Origin: Eledone cirrhosa
Lineage: Eukaryota
Direction: 5' to 3'
DNA: 64,000 bases
Assembly: GCA_964016885.1 (NCBI GenBank)
Contig: OZ024752.1
Location: 13,392,001 to 13,456,000 of the forward strand
In this document: piece after piece, positions 26,901 through 41,900 of the stretch
Layout of the letters: each line of letters begins with the position of its first letter
Position numbering within the stretch: position 1 is the stretch's first letter
Translations under genes and position numbers: made by a program
Notes under the pieces: model-generated
Database searches by the model: none
What the model saw: only the letters and a program-made list of their open reading frames with translations
What the model was told of the DNA's origin: nothing

Positions 26901-29900
26901 ACAAATATTAAAGGGAGTGATCTGTGTAATACTGATCTGTGATAGACATTAAAGGGAGTAATCTGTGTAATACTGATCTGTGAGACATATTAAATGGAGA
27001 GATCTGTGTAATACTGATCTGTAACATATATTAAAGGGAGTAATCTGTGTCATACTGATCTGTGACAGATGTTAAAGGGAGTGATCTGTGTAATACTGAT
27101 CTGTGACAGATATTAAAGGGAGTGTTCTGTGTAATACTGATCTGTGACAAATATTAAAGGGAGTAATCTGTGTAATACTGATCTGTGACAAATATTAAAG
27201 GGAGTGATCCGTGTAATACTGATCTGTGACAGATATTAAAGGGAGTGATATGTATAATACTGATCTGTGACAAATATTAAAGGGAGTAATCTGTGTAATA
27301 CTGATATGTGACAAATATTAAAGGGAGTGTTCTGAGTAATACTGATCTGTGACAAATATTAAAGGCAGAGATCTGTGTAATACTGATCTGTGACAGATAT
27401 TAAAGGGAGTGATCTGTGTAATACTGATCTGTGACAGATATTAAAGGGAGTGATCTGTGTAATACTGATCTGTGACAGATGTTAAAGGGAGGGATCTGAG
27501 TAATACTGATCTGTAACAAGTATAAAAGGGAGTGATCTGTGTAATACTGATCTGTGACAAATATTAAAGGGAGTAATCTGTGTAATACTGATCTGTGACA
27601 AATATTAAAGGGAGTGATCCGTGTAATACTGATCTGTGACAAATATTAAAGGGAGGGATCTGAGTAATACTGATCTGTGACAAATATTAAAGGGAGAGAT
27701 CTGTGTAATACTGATCTGTGACAGATATTAAAGGGAGAGATCTGTGTAATACTGATCTGTGATACATATTAAAGGGAGTGATCTGTGTAATACTGATCTG
27801 TGACATATATTAAAGGGAGAGATCTGTGTAATACTGATCTGTGACAGATATTAAAGGGAGATATCTGAGGAATACTGATCTGTGACAAATATTAAAGGGA
27901 GTGATCTGTGTAATACTGATCTGTGATAGACATTAAAGGGAGTAATCTGTGTAATACTGATCTGTGACACATATTAAATGGAGAGATCTGTGTAATACTG
28001 ATCTGTAACATATATTAAAGGGAGTAATCTGTGTCATACTGATCTGTGACAGATGTTAAAGGGAGTGATCTGTGTAATACTGATCTGTGACAGATATTAA
28101 AGGGAGGGATCTGAGTAATACTGATCTGTGACAAATATTAAAGGGAGAGATCTGTGTAATACTGATGTGTGACAGATATTAAAGGGAGAGATCTGTGTAA
28201 TACTGATCTGTGATACATATTAAAGGGAGTGATCTGTGTAATACTGATCTGTGACATATATTAAAGGGAGAGATCTGTGTAATACTGATCTGTGACAGAT
28301 ATTAAAGGGAGATATCTGTGTAATACTGATCTGTGACAAATATTAAAGGGAGTGATCTGTGTAATAATGATCTGTGATAGACATTAAAGGGAGTAATCTG
28401 TGTAATACTGATCTGTGACAGATATTAAATGGAGAGATCTGTGTAATACTGATCTGTGACAGATATTAAAGGGAATAATCTGTGTAATACTGATCTGTGA
28501 CAGATGTTAAAGGGAGTGATCTGTGTAATACTGATCTGTGACAGATATTAAAGGGAGTGATCCGTGTAATACTGATCTGTGACAGATATTAAAGGGAGTG
28601 ATCTGTATAATACTGATCTGTGACAAATATTAAAGGGAGTAATCTGTGTAATACTGATATGTGACAAATATTAAAGGGAGATATCTGTGTAATACTGATC
28701 TGTGACAAATATTAAAGGGAGTGATCTGTGTAATACTGATCTGTGATAGACATTAAAGGGAGTAATCTGTGTAATACTGATCTGTGACACATATTAAATG
28801 GAGAGATCTGTGTAATACTGATCTGTAACATATATTAAAGGGAGTAATCTGTGTAATACTGATCTGTGACAGATGTTAAAGGGAGTGATCTGTGTAATAC
28901 TGATCTGTGACAAATATTAAAGGGAGTGATCCGTGTAATACTGATCTGTGACAAATATTAAATGGAGTGATCCGTGTAATACTGATCTGTGACAAATATT
29001 AATGGCAGAGATCTGTGTAATACTGATCTGAGACAAATATTATAGGGAGTGATCTGTGTAATACTGATCCGTGACAAATATTAAAGGGAGTGATCTGTGT
29101 AATACTGATCTGTGACAGATATTAAAGGTAGTGATCTGTGTAATACTGATCTGTGACAAATATTAAAGGGAGTGATCCGTGTAATACTTATCTGTGACAA
29201 ATATTAAAGGCAGAGATCTGTGTAATACTGATCTGTGACAAATATTATAGGGAGTGATCTGTGTAATACTGATCCGTGACAAATATTAAAGGGAGTGATC
29301 TGTGTAATACTGATGTGTGACAGATATTAAATGGAGTGATCTGTGTAATACTGATCTGTGACAGATATTAAAGGGAGTGATCTATGTAATACTGATCTGT
29401 GACAGATATTAAAGGGAGATATCTGTGTAATACTGATCTGTGACAAATATTAAAGGGAGTGATCCGTGTAATACTGATCTGTGATAGACATTAAAAGGAG
29501 CAATCTGTGTAATACTGATCTGTGACACATATTAAATGGAGAGATCTGTGTAATACTGATCTGTAACATATATTAAAGGGAGTAATCTGTGTAATACTGA
29601 TCTGTGACAGATGTTAAAGGGAGTGATCTGTGTAATACTGATCTGTGACAGATATTAAAGGGAGTGATCTGTGTAATACTGATCTGTGACAAATATTAAA
29701 GTCAGTAATCTGTGTAATACTGATCTGTGACAAATATTAAAGGGAGTGATCCGTGTAATACTGATCTGTGACAGATATTAAAGGGAGTGATCTGTATAAT
29801 ACTGATCTGTGACAAATATTAAAGGGAGTAATCTGTGTAATACTGATATGTGACAAATATTAAAGGGAGTGTTCTGAGTAATACTGATCTGTGACAAATA

Positions 29901-32900
29901 TTAAAGGCAGAGATCTGTGTAATACTGATCTGTGACAAATATTATAGGGAGTGATCTGTGTAATACTGATCCGTGACAAATATTAAAGGGAGTGATCTGT
30001 GTAATGCTGATCTGTGACAGATATTAAAGGGAGTGATCTGTGTAATACTGATCTGTGACAGATATTAAAGGGAGGGATCTGAGTAATACTGATCTGTGAC
30101 AAGTATTAAAGGGAGTGATCTGTGTAATACTGATCTGTGACAAATATTAAAGGGAGGGATCTGAGTAATACTGATCTGTGACAAATATTAAAGGGAGAGA
30201 TCTGTGTAATACTGATCTGTGACAGATATTAAAGGGAGAGATCTGTGTAATACTGATCTCTGATACATATTAAAGGGAGTGATCTGTGTAATACTGATCT
30301 GTGACATATATTAAAGGGAGAGATCTGTGTAATACTGATCTGTGACAGATATTAAAGGGAGATATCTGAGGAATACTGATCTGTGACAAATATTAAAGGG
30401 AGTGATCTGTGTAATACTGATCTGTGATAGACATTAAAGGGAGTAATCTGTGTAATACTGATCTGTGACACATATTAAATGGAGAGATCTGTGTAATACT
30501 GATCTGTAACATATATTAAAGGGAGTAATCTGTGTCATACTGATCTGTGACAGATGTTAAAGGGAGTGATCTGTGTAATACTGATCTGTGACAGATATTA
30601 AAGGGAGTCATCTGTGTAATACTGATCTGTGACAAATATTAAAGGGAGTAATCTGTGTAATACTGATATGTGACAAATATTAAAGGGAGTGTTCTGAGTA
30701 ATACTGATCTGTGACAAATATTAAAGGCAGAGATCTGTGTAATACTGATCTGTGACAGATATTATAGGGAGTGATCTGTGTAATACTGATCCGTGACAAA
30801 TATTAAAGGGAGTGATCTGTGTAATACTGATCTGTGACAGATATTAAAGGGAGTGATCTGTGTAATACTGATCTGTGACAGATATTAAAGGGAGGGATCT
30901 GAGTAATACTGATCTGTAACAAGTATTAAAGGGAGTGATCTGTGTAATACTGATCTGTGACAAATATTAAAGGGAGTAATCTGTGTAATACTGATCTGTG
31001 ACAAATATTAAAGGGAGTGATCCGTGTAATACTGATCTGTGACAAATATTAATGGCAGAGATCTGTGTAATACTGATCTGAGACAAATATTATAGGGAGT
31101 GATCTGTGTAATACTGATATGTGACAAATATTAAAGGGAGATATCTGTGTAATACTGATCTGTGACAAATATTAAAGGGAGTGATCTGTGTAATACTGAT
31201 CTGTGATAGACATTAAAGGGAGTAATCTGTGGAATACTGATCTGTGACACATATTAAATGGAGAGATCTGTGTAATACTGATCTGTAACATATATTAAAG
31301 GGAGTAATCTGTGTAATACTGATCTGTGACAGATGTTAAAGGGAGTGATCTGTGTAATACTGATCTGTGACAGATATTAAAGGGAGTGATCTGTGTAATA
31401 CTGATCTGTGACAAATATTAAAGGGAGTAATCTGTGTAATACTGATCTGTGACAAATATTAAAGGGAGTGATCCGTGTAATACTGATCTGTGACAGATAT
31501 TAAAGGGAGTGATCTGTATAATACTGATCTGTGACAAATATTAAAGGGAGTAATCTGTGTAATACTGATATGTGACAAATATTAAAGGGAGTGTTCTGAG
31601 TAATACTGATCTGTGACAAATATTAAAGGCAGAGATCTGTGTAATACTGATCTGTGACAAATATTATAGGGAGTGATCTGTGTAATACTGATCCGTGACA
31701 AATATTAAAGGGAGTGATCTGTGTAATGCTGATCTGTGACAGATATTAAAGGGAGTGATCTGTGTAATACTGATCTGTGACAGATATTAAAGGGAGGGAT
31801 CTGAGTAATACTGATCTGTGACAAGTATTAAAGGGAGTGATCTGTGTAATACTGATCTGTGACAAATATTAAAGGGAGGGATCTGAGTAATACTGATCTG
31901 TGACAAATATTAAAGGGAGAGATCTGTGTAATACTGATCTGTGACAGATATTAAAGGGAGAGATCTGTGTAATACTGATCTGTGATACATATTAAAGGGA
32001 GATATCTGAGGAATACTGATCTGTGACAAATATTAAAGGGAGTGATCTGTGTAATACTGATCTGTGACAAATATTAAAGGGAGTGATCCGTGTAATACTG
32101 ATCTGTGACAGATATTAAAGGGAGAGATCTGTGTAATACTGATCTGTGATACATATTAAAGGGAGTGATCTGTGTAATACTGATCTGTGACATATATTAA
32201 AGGGAGAGATCTGTGTAATACTGATCTGTGACAGATATTAAAGGGAGATATCTGAGGAATACTGATCTGTGACAAATATTAAAGGGAGTGATCTGTGTAA
32301 TACTAATCTGTGATAGACATTAAAGGGAGTAATCTGTGTAATACTGATCTGTGACACATATTAAATGGAGAGATCTGTGTAATACTGATCTGTAACTTAT
32401 ATTCAAGGGAGTAATCTGTGTAATACTGATCTGTGACAGATGTTAAAGGGAGTGATCTGTGTAATACTGATCTGTGACAAATATTAAAGGGAGTGATCCG
32501 TGTAATACTTATCTGTGACAAATATTAAAGGCAGAGATCTGTGTAATACTGATCTGTGACAAATATTATAGGGAGTGATCTGTGTAATACTGATCCGTGA
32601 CAAATATTAATGGCAGAGATCTGTGTAATACTGATCTGAGACAAATATTATAGGGAGTGATCTGTGTAATACTGATCCGTGACAAATATTAAAGGGAGTG
32701 ATCTGTGTAATACTGATCTGTGACAGATATTAAAGGTAGTGATCTGTGTAATACTGATCTGTGACAGATATTAAAGGTAGTGATCTGTGTAATACTGATC
32801 TGTGACAAATATTAAAGGGAGTGATCCGTGTAATACTTATCTGTGACAAATATTAAAGGCAGAGATCTGTGTAATACTGATCTGTGACAAATATTATAGG

Positions 32901-35900
32901 GAGTGATCTGTGTAATACTGATCTGTGACAGATGTTAAAGGGAGTGATCTGTGTAATACTGATCTGTGACAGACATTAAAGGGAGTGATCTGTGTAATAC
33001 TGATCTGTGACAAATATTAAAGGGAGTAATCTGTGTAATACTGATCTGTGACAAATATTAAAGGGAGTGATCTGTGTAATACTGATCTGTGACAGATATT
33101 AAAGGGAGTGATCTGTGTAATACTGATCTGTGACAAATATTAAAGGGAGTAATCTGTGTAATACTGATCTGTGACAGATATTAAAGGCAGAGATCTGTGT
33201 AATACTGATCTGTGACAAATATTATAGGGAGTGATCTGTGTAATACTGATCCGTGACAAATATTAAAGGGAGTGATCTGTGTAATACTGATGTGTGACAG
33301 ATATTAAATGGAGTGATCTGTGTAATACTGATCTGTGACAGATATTAAAGGGAGTGATCTATGAAATACTGATCTGTGACAGATATTAAAGGGAGATATC
33401 TGTGTAATACTGATCTGTGACAAATATTAAAGGGAGTGATCTGTGTAATACTGATCTGTGACAGATGTTAAAGGGAGTGATCTGTGTAATACTGATCTGT
33501 GACAGACATTAAAGGGAGTGATCTGTGTAATACTGATCTGTGACAAATATTAAAGGGAGTAATCTGTGTAATACTGATCTGTGACAAATATTAAAGGGAG
33601 TGATCCGTGTAATACTGATCTGTGACAGATATTAAAGGGAGTGATCTGTATAATACTGATCTGTGACAAATATTAAAGGGAGTAATCTGTGTAATACTGA
33701 TATGTGACAAATATTAAAGGGAGTGTTCTGAGTAATACTGATCTGTGACAAATATTAAAGGCAGAGATCTGTGTAATACTGATCTGTGACAAATATTATA
33801 GGGAGTGATCTGTGTAATACTGATCCGTGACAAATATTAAAGGGAGTGATCTGTGTAATGCTGATCTGTGACAGATATTAAAGGGAGTGATCTGTGTAAT
33901 ACTGATCTGTGACAGATATTAAAGGGAGGGATCTGAGTAATACTGATCTGTGACAAGTATTAAAGGGAGTGATCTGTGTAATACTGATCTGTGACAAATA
34001 TTAAAGGGAGGGATCTGAGTAATACTGATCTGTGACAAATATTAAAGGGAGAGATCTGTGTAATACTGATCTGTGACAGATATTAAAGGGAGAGATCTGT
34101 GTAATACTGATCTGTGATACATATTAAAGGGAGTGAACTGTGTAATACTGATATGTGACATATATTAAAGGGGGAGATCTGTGTAATACTGATCTGTGAC
34201 AGATATTAAAGGGAGATATCTGAGGAATACTGATCTGTGACAAATATTAAAGGGAGTGATCTGTGTAATACTGATCTGTGATAGACATTAAAGGGAGTAA
34301 TCTGTGTAATACTGATCTGTGACAAATATTAAAGGGAGTAATCTGTGTAATACTGATCTGTGACAAATATTAAAGGGAGTGATCCGTGTAATACTGATAT
34401 GTGACAAATATTAAAGGGAGTGTTCTGAGTAATACTGATCTGTGACAAATATTAAAGGCAGAGATCTGTGTAATACTGATCTGTGACAGATATTATAGGG
34501 AGTGATCTGTGTAATACTGATCCGTGACAAATATTAAAGGGAGTGATCTGTGTAATACTGATCTGTGACATATATTAAAGGGAGTGATCTGTGTAATACT
34601 GATCTGTGACAGATATTAAAGGGAGGGATCTGAGTAATACTGATCTGTAACAAGTATTAAAGGGACTGATCTGTGTAATATTGATCTGTGACAAATATTA
34701 AAGGGAGTAATCTGTGTAATACTGATCTGTGACAAATATTAAAGGGAGTGATCCGTGTAATACTGATCTGTGACAAATATTAAAGGGAGTGATCCGTGTA
34801 ATACTGATCTGTGACAAATATTAATGGCAGAGATCTGTGTAATACTGATCTGAGACAAATATTATAGGGAGAGATCTGTGTAATACTGATCCGTGACAAA
34901 TATTAAAGGGAGTGATCTGTGTAATACTGATCTGTGACAGATATTAAAGGTAGTGATCTGTGTAATACTGATCTGTGACAGATATTAAAGGGAGGGATCT
35001 GAGTAATACTGATCTGTGACAAATATTAAAGGGAGTGATCTATGTAATACTGACCTGTGACAAATATTAAAGGGAGTGATCTGTGTAATACTGATCTGTG
35101 ACAGATATTAAAGGTAGTGATCTGTGTAATACTGATCCGTGACAAATATTAAAGTGAGTGATCTGTGTAATACTGATCTGTGACAGATATTAAAGGGAGT
35201 GATCTGTGTAATACTGATCTGTGACAGATATTAAAGGGAGGGATCTGAGTAATACTGAGCTGTGACAAATATTAAAGGGAGAGATCTGTGTAATACTGAT
35301 CTGTGACAGATATTAAAGGGAGAGATCTGTGTAATACTGATCTGTGATACATATTAAAGGGAGTGATCTGTGTAATACTGATCTGTGACATATATTAAAG
35401 GGAGAGATCTGTGTAATACTGATCTGTGACAGATATTAAAGGGAGATATCTGTGTAATACTGATCTATGACAAATATTAAAGGGAGTGATCTGTGTAATA
35501 ATGATCTGTGATAGACATTAAAGGGAGTAATCTGTGTAATACTGATCTGTGACAGATATTAAATGGAGAGATCTGTGTAATACTGATCTGTGACAGATAT
35601 TAAAGGGAATAATCTGTGTAATACTGATCTGTGACAGATGTTAAAGGGAGTGATCTGTGTAATACTGATCTGTGACAGATATTAAAGGGAGTGATCCGTG
35701 TAATACTGATCTGTGACAGATATTAAAGGGAGTGATCTGTATAATACTGATCTGTGACAAATATTAAAGGGAGTAATCTGTGTAATACTGATATGTGACA
35801 AATATTAAAGGGAGTGTTCTGAGTAATACTGATCTGTGACAAATATTAAAGGCAGAGATCTGTGTAATACTGATCTGTGACAGATATTATAGGGAGTGAT

Positions 35901-38900
35901 CTGTGTAATACTGATCCGTGACAAATATTAAAGGGAGTCATCTGTGTAATACTGATCTGTGACAGATATTAAAGGGAGTGATCTGTGTAATACTGATCTG
36001 TGACAGATATTAAAGGGAGGGATCTGAGTAATACTGATCTGTGAGAAGTATTAAAGGAGTGATCCATGTAATACTGATCTGTGACAAATACTAAAGGGAG
36101 TAATCTGTGTAATACTGATCTGTGACAGATATTAAAGGGAGTGATCTGTGTAATATTGATCTGTGACAGATATTAAAGGGAGTGATCTGTGTAATACTGA
36201 TCTGTGACAAATATTAAAGGGAGTAATCTGTGTAATACTGATCTGTGACAAATATTAAAGGGAGTGATCCGTGTAATACTGATCTGTGACAAATATTAAA
36301 GGGAGTGATCCGTGTAATACTGATCTGTGACAAATATTAATGGCAGAGATCTGTGTAATACTGATCTGTGACAAATATTAAAGGGAGTGATCTATGTAAT
36401 ACTGACCTGTGACAAATATTAAAGGGAGTGATCTGAGTAATACTGATCTGTGACAGATATTAAAGGTAGTGATCTGTGTAATACTGATCTGTGACAAATA
36501 TTAAAGGGAGTGATCCGTGTAATACTTATCTCTGACAAATATTAAAGGCAGAGATCTGTGTAATACTGATCTGTGACAAATATTATAGGGAGTGATCTGT
36601 GTAATACTGATCCGTGACAAATATTAAAGGGAGTGATCTGAGTAATACTGATCTGTGACAAATATTAAAGGGAGAGATCTGTGTAATGCTGATCTGTGAC
36701 AGATATTAAAGGGAGAGATCTGTGTAATACTGATCTGTGATACATATTAAAGGGAGTGATCTGTGTAATACTGATCTGTGACATATATTAAAGGGAGAGA
36801 TCTGTGTAATACTGATCTGAGACAGATATTAAAGGGAGATATCTGAGGAATACTGATCTGTGACAAATATTAAAGGGAGTGATCTGTGTAATACTGATCT
36901 GTGATAGACATTAAAGGGAGTAATCTGTGTAATACTGATCTGTGACACATATTAAATGGAGAGATCTGTGTAATACTGATCTGTGACAAATATTAAAGGG
37001 AGTAATCTGTGTAATACTGATCTGTGACAAATATTAAAGGGAGTGATCCGTGTAATACTGATCTGTGACATATATTAAAGGGAGTGATCTGTATAATACT
37101 GATCTGTGACAAATATTAAAGGGAGTAATCTGTGTAATACTGATATGTGACAAATATTAAAGGGAGTGTTCTGAGTAATACTGATCTGTGACAAATATTA
37201 AAGGCAGAGATCTGTGTAATACTGATCTGTGACAGATATTATAGGGAGTGATCTGTGTAATACTGATCCGTGACAAATATTAAAGGGAGTGATCTGTGTA
37301 ATACTGATCTGTGACAGATATTAAAGGGAGTGATCTGTGTAATACTGATCTGTGACAGATATTAAAGGGAGGGATCTGAGTAATACTGATCTGTGACAAG
37401 TATTAAAGGGAGTGATCTGTGTAATACTGATCTGTGACAAATATTAAATGGAGTAATCTGTGTAATACTGATCTGTGACAGATATTAAAGGGAGTGATCT
37501 GTGTAATACTGATCTGTGACAGATATTAAAGGGAGTGATCTGTGTAATACTGATCTGTGACAAATATTAAAGGGAGTAATCTGTGTAATACTGATCTGTG
37601 ACAAATATTAAAGGGAGTGATCCGTGTAATACTGATCTGTGACAAATATTATAGGGAGTGATCCATGTAATACTGATCTGTGACAAATATTAATGGCAGA
37701 GATCTGTGTAATACTGATCCGTGACAAATATTAAAGGGAGTGTTCTGAGTAATACTGATCTGTGACAAATATTAAAGGCAGAGATCTGTGTAATACTGAT
37801 CTGTGACAAATATTATAGGGAGTGATCTGTGTAATACTGATCCGTGACAAATATTAAAGGGAGTGATCTGTGTAATGCTGATCTGTGACAGATATTAAAG
37901 GGAGTGATCTGTGTAATACTGATCTGTGACAGATATTAAAGGGAGGGATCTGAGTAATACTGAGCTGTGACAAGTATTAAAGGGAGTGATCTGTGTAATA
38001 CTGATCTGTGACAAATATTAAAGGGATGGATCTGAGTAATACTGATCTGTGACAAATATTAAAGGGAGAGACCTGTGTAATACTGATCTGTGACAGATAT
38101 TAAAGGGAGAGATCTGTGTAATACTGATCTGTGATACATATTAAAGGGAGTGATCTGTGTAATACTGATCTGTGACATATATTAAAGAGAGAGATCTGTG
38201 TAATACTGATCTGTGACAAATATTAAAGGGAGATATGTGAGGAATACTGATCTGTGACAAATATTAAAGGGAGTGATCTGTGTAATACTGATCTGTGATA
38301 GACATTAAAGGGAGTAATCTGTGTAATACTGATCTGTGACACATATTAAATGGAGAGATCTGTGTAATACTGATCTGTAACATATATTAAAGGGAGTAAT
38401 CTGTGTAATACTGATCTGTGACAGATGTTAAAGGGAGTGATCTGTGTAATACTGATCTGTGACAGATATTAAAGGGAGTGATCTGTGTATTACTGATCTG
38501 TGACAAATATTAAAGGGAGTAATCTGTGTAATACTGATCTGTGACAAATATTAAAGGGAGTGATCCGTGTAATACTGATCTGTGACAGTAATTAAAGGGA
38601 GTGATCTGTGTAATACTGATCTGTGACAGAGATTAAAGGGAGTGATCTATGTAATACTGATCTGTGACAGATATTAAAGGGAGATATCTGTGTAATAATG
38701 ATCTGTGACAAATATTAAAGGGAGTGATCTGTGTAATACTGATCTGTGATAGACATTAAAGGGAGTAATCTGTGTAATACTGATCTGTGACAGATATTAA
38801 ATGGAGAGATCTGTGTAATACTGATCTGTAACATATATTAAAGGGAGTAATCTGTGTAATACTGATCTGTGACAGATGTTAAAGGGAGTGATCTGTGTAA

Positions 38901-41900
38901 TACTGATCTGTGACAGATATTAAAGGGAGTGATCTGTGTAATACTGATCTGTGACAAATATTAAAGGGAGTAATCTGTGTAATACTGATCTGTGACAAAT
39001 ATTAAAGGGAGTAATCCGTGTAATACTGATCTGTGACAGATATTAAAGGGAGTGATCTGTATAATACTGATCTGTGACAAATATTAAAGGGAGTAATCTG
39101 TGTAATATTGATATGTGACAAATATTAAAGGGAGTGTTCTGAGTAATACTGATCTGTGACAAATATTAAAGGCAGAGATCTGTGTAATACTGATCTGTGA
39201 CAAATATTATAGGGAGTGATCTGTGTAATACTGATCCGTGACAAATATTAAAGGGAGTGATCTGTGTAATGCTGATCTGTGACAGATATTAAAGGGAGTG
39301 ATCTGTGTAATACTGATCTGTGACAGATATTAAAGGGAGAGATCTGTGTAATACTGATCTGTGACAAATATTAAAGGGAGTGATCTATGTAATACTGATC
39401 TGTGACAGATATTAAAGGGAGATATCTGTGTAATACTGATCTGTGACAAATATTAAAGGGAGTGATCTGTGTAATACTGATCTGTGATAGACATTAAAGG
39501 GAGTAATCTGTGTAATACTGATCTGTGACAGATATTAAATGGAGAGATCTGTGTAATACTGATCTGTAATATATATTAAAGGGAGTAATCTGTGTAATAC
39601 TGATCTGTGACAGATGTTAAAGGGAGTGATCTGTATAATACTGATCTGTGACAGATATTAAAGGGAGTGATCTGTGTAATACTGATCTGTGACAAATATT
39701 AAAGGGAGTAATCTGTGTAATACTGATCTGTGACAAATATTAACGGGAGTGATCCGTGTAATACTGATCTGTGACAGATATTAAAGGGAGTGATCTGTAT
39801 AATACTGATCTGTGACAAATATTAAAGGGAGTAATCTGTGTAATACTGATATGTGACAAATATTAAAGGGAGTGTTCTGAGTAATACTGATCTGTGACAA
39901 ATATTAAAGGCAGAGATCTGTGTAATACTGATCTGTGACAAATATTATAGGGAGTGATCTGTGTAATAATGATCCGTGACAAATATTAAAGGGAGTGATC
40001 TGTGTAATACTGATGTGTGACAGATATTAAATGGAGTGATCTGTGTAATACTGATCTGTGACAGATATTAAAGGGAGTGATCTATGTAATACTGATATGT
40101 GACAGATATTAAAGGGAGTGATCTGAGAAATACTGATCTGTGACAAATATTAAAGGGAGTGATCTGTGTAATACTGATCTGTGACAGATATTAAAGGGAG
40201 AGATCTGTGTAATACTGATCTGTAACAGATATTAGAGGGAGGGATCTGTGTAATACTGATCTGTGACAAATATTAAAGGGAGTGATCTGTGTAATACTGA
40301 TCTGTGACAAATATTAAAGGGAGAGTTCTGTGTAATACTGATCTGTCACAGATATTAAAGAGAGTGATCTGTGTAATACTGATCTGTGACAGATATTAAA
40401 GGGAGTGATCTGTGTAATACTGATCTGTGACAGATATTAAAAGGAGTGATCTGTTTAATACTGATCTGTGACAGATATTAAAGGGTGTGATCTCTGTAAT
40501 ACTGATCTGTGACAGATATTAAAGAGAGTGATCTGTGTAATACTGATCTGTGAAACATATTAAAGGGAGTGATCTGTGTAATACTGATATGTGACAAATA
40601 TTAAAGGGAGTGATCTGAGTAATACTGATCTGTGACAAATATTAAATGGAGTGATCGGTGTAATACTGATCTGTGACAGATATTAAAGGGAGAGATCTGT
40701 GTAATACTGATCAGTAACAGATATTAAAGGGTGGGATGTGTGTAATACTGATCTGTGACAAATATTAAAGGGAGTGATCTGTGTAATACTGATCTGTGAC
40801 AAATATTAAAGGGAGAGTTCAGTGTAATACTGATCTGTGACATATATTAAAGAGAGTGTTCTGTGTAATACTGATCTGTGACAGATATTAAAGGGAGTGA
40901 TCTGTGTAATATTGATCTGTGACAGATATTAAAGGGAGTGATCTGTGTAATACTGATCTGTGACAGATATTAAAGGGAGTGATCTGTGTAATACTGATCT
41001 GCGACAGATATTAAAGAGAGTGATCTGTGTAATACTGATCTGTGACAGATATTAAAGGGAGTGATCTGTGTAATACTGATATGTGACAAATATTAAAGGG
41101 AGAGATCTGTGTAATACTGATCTGTGACAAATATTAAAGGGAGGGATCTGTGTAATACTGATCTGTGACAAATATTAAAGGGAGGGATCTGTGTAATACT
41201 GATCTGTGACACATATTAAAGGGAGGGATCTGTGTAATACTGATCTGTGACACATATTAAAGGGAGTGATCTGTGTAATACTGATCTGTGACAGATATTA
41301 AAGGGAGAGATCTGTGTAATACTGATCTGTGACAAATATTAAAGGGAGAGATCTGTGTAATACTGATATGTGACAGATATTAAAGGGAGTGATCTGTGTA
41401 ATACTGATCTGTGACAGATATTAAAGGGAGTGATCTGTGTAATACTGACCCGTGGCAAATATTAAAGGGAGTGATCAGTGTAATACTGATATGTGACAAA
41501 TATTAAAGGGGGGGATCTGTGTAATACTGATCTGTGACAAATATTAAAGGGAGGGAGCTGTGTAATACTGATCTGTGACAGATATTAAAAGGAGTGATCT
41601 GTGTAATACTGATCTGTGACATATATTAAAGGGAGAGATCTGTGTAATACTGATCTGTGACAGATATTAAAGGGAGAGATCTGTGTAATACTGATTTGTG
41701 ACAGATATTAAAGGGAGTAATCTGTGTAATACTGATCTGTGACAGATATTAAATGGAGTGATCTGTGTAATACTGATCTGTAACATATATTAAAGGGAGT
41801 AATCTGTGTAATACTGATCTGTGACAGATATTAAAGGGAGTGATCTGTGTAATAGTGATCTGTGACAGATAATAAAGGGAGTGATCTGTGTAATACTGAT

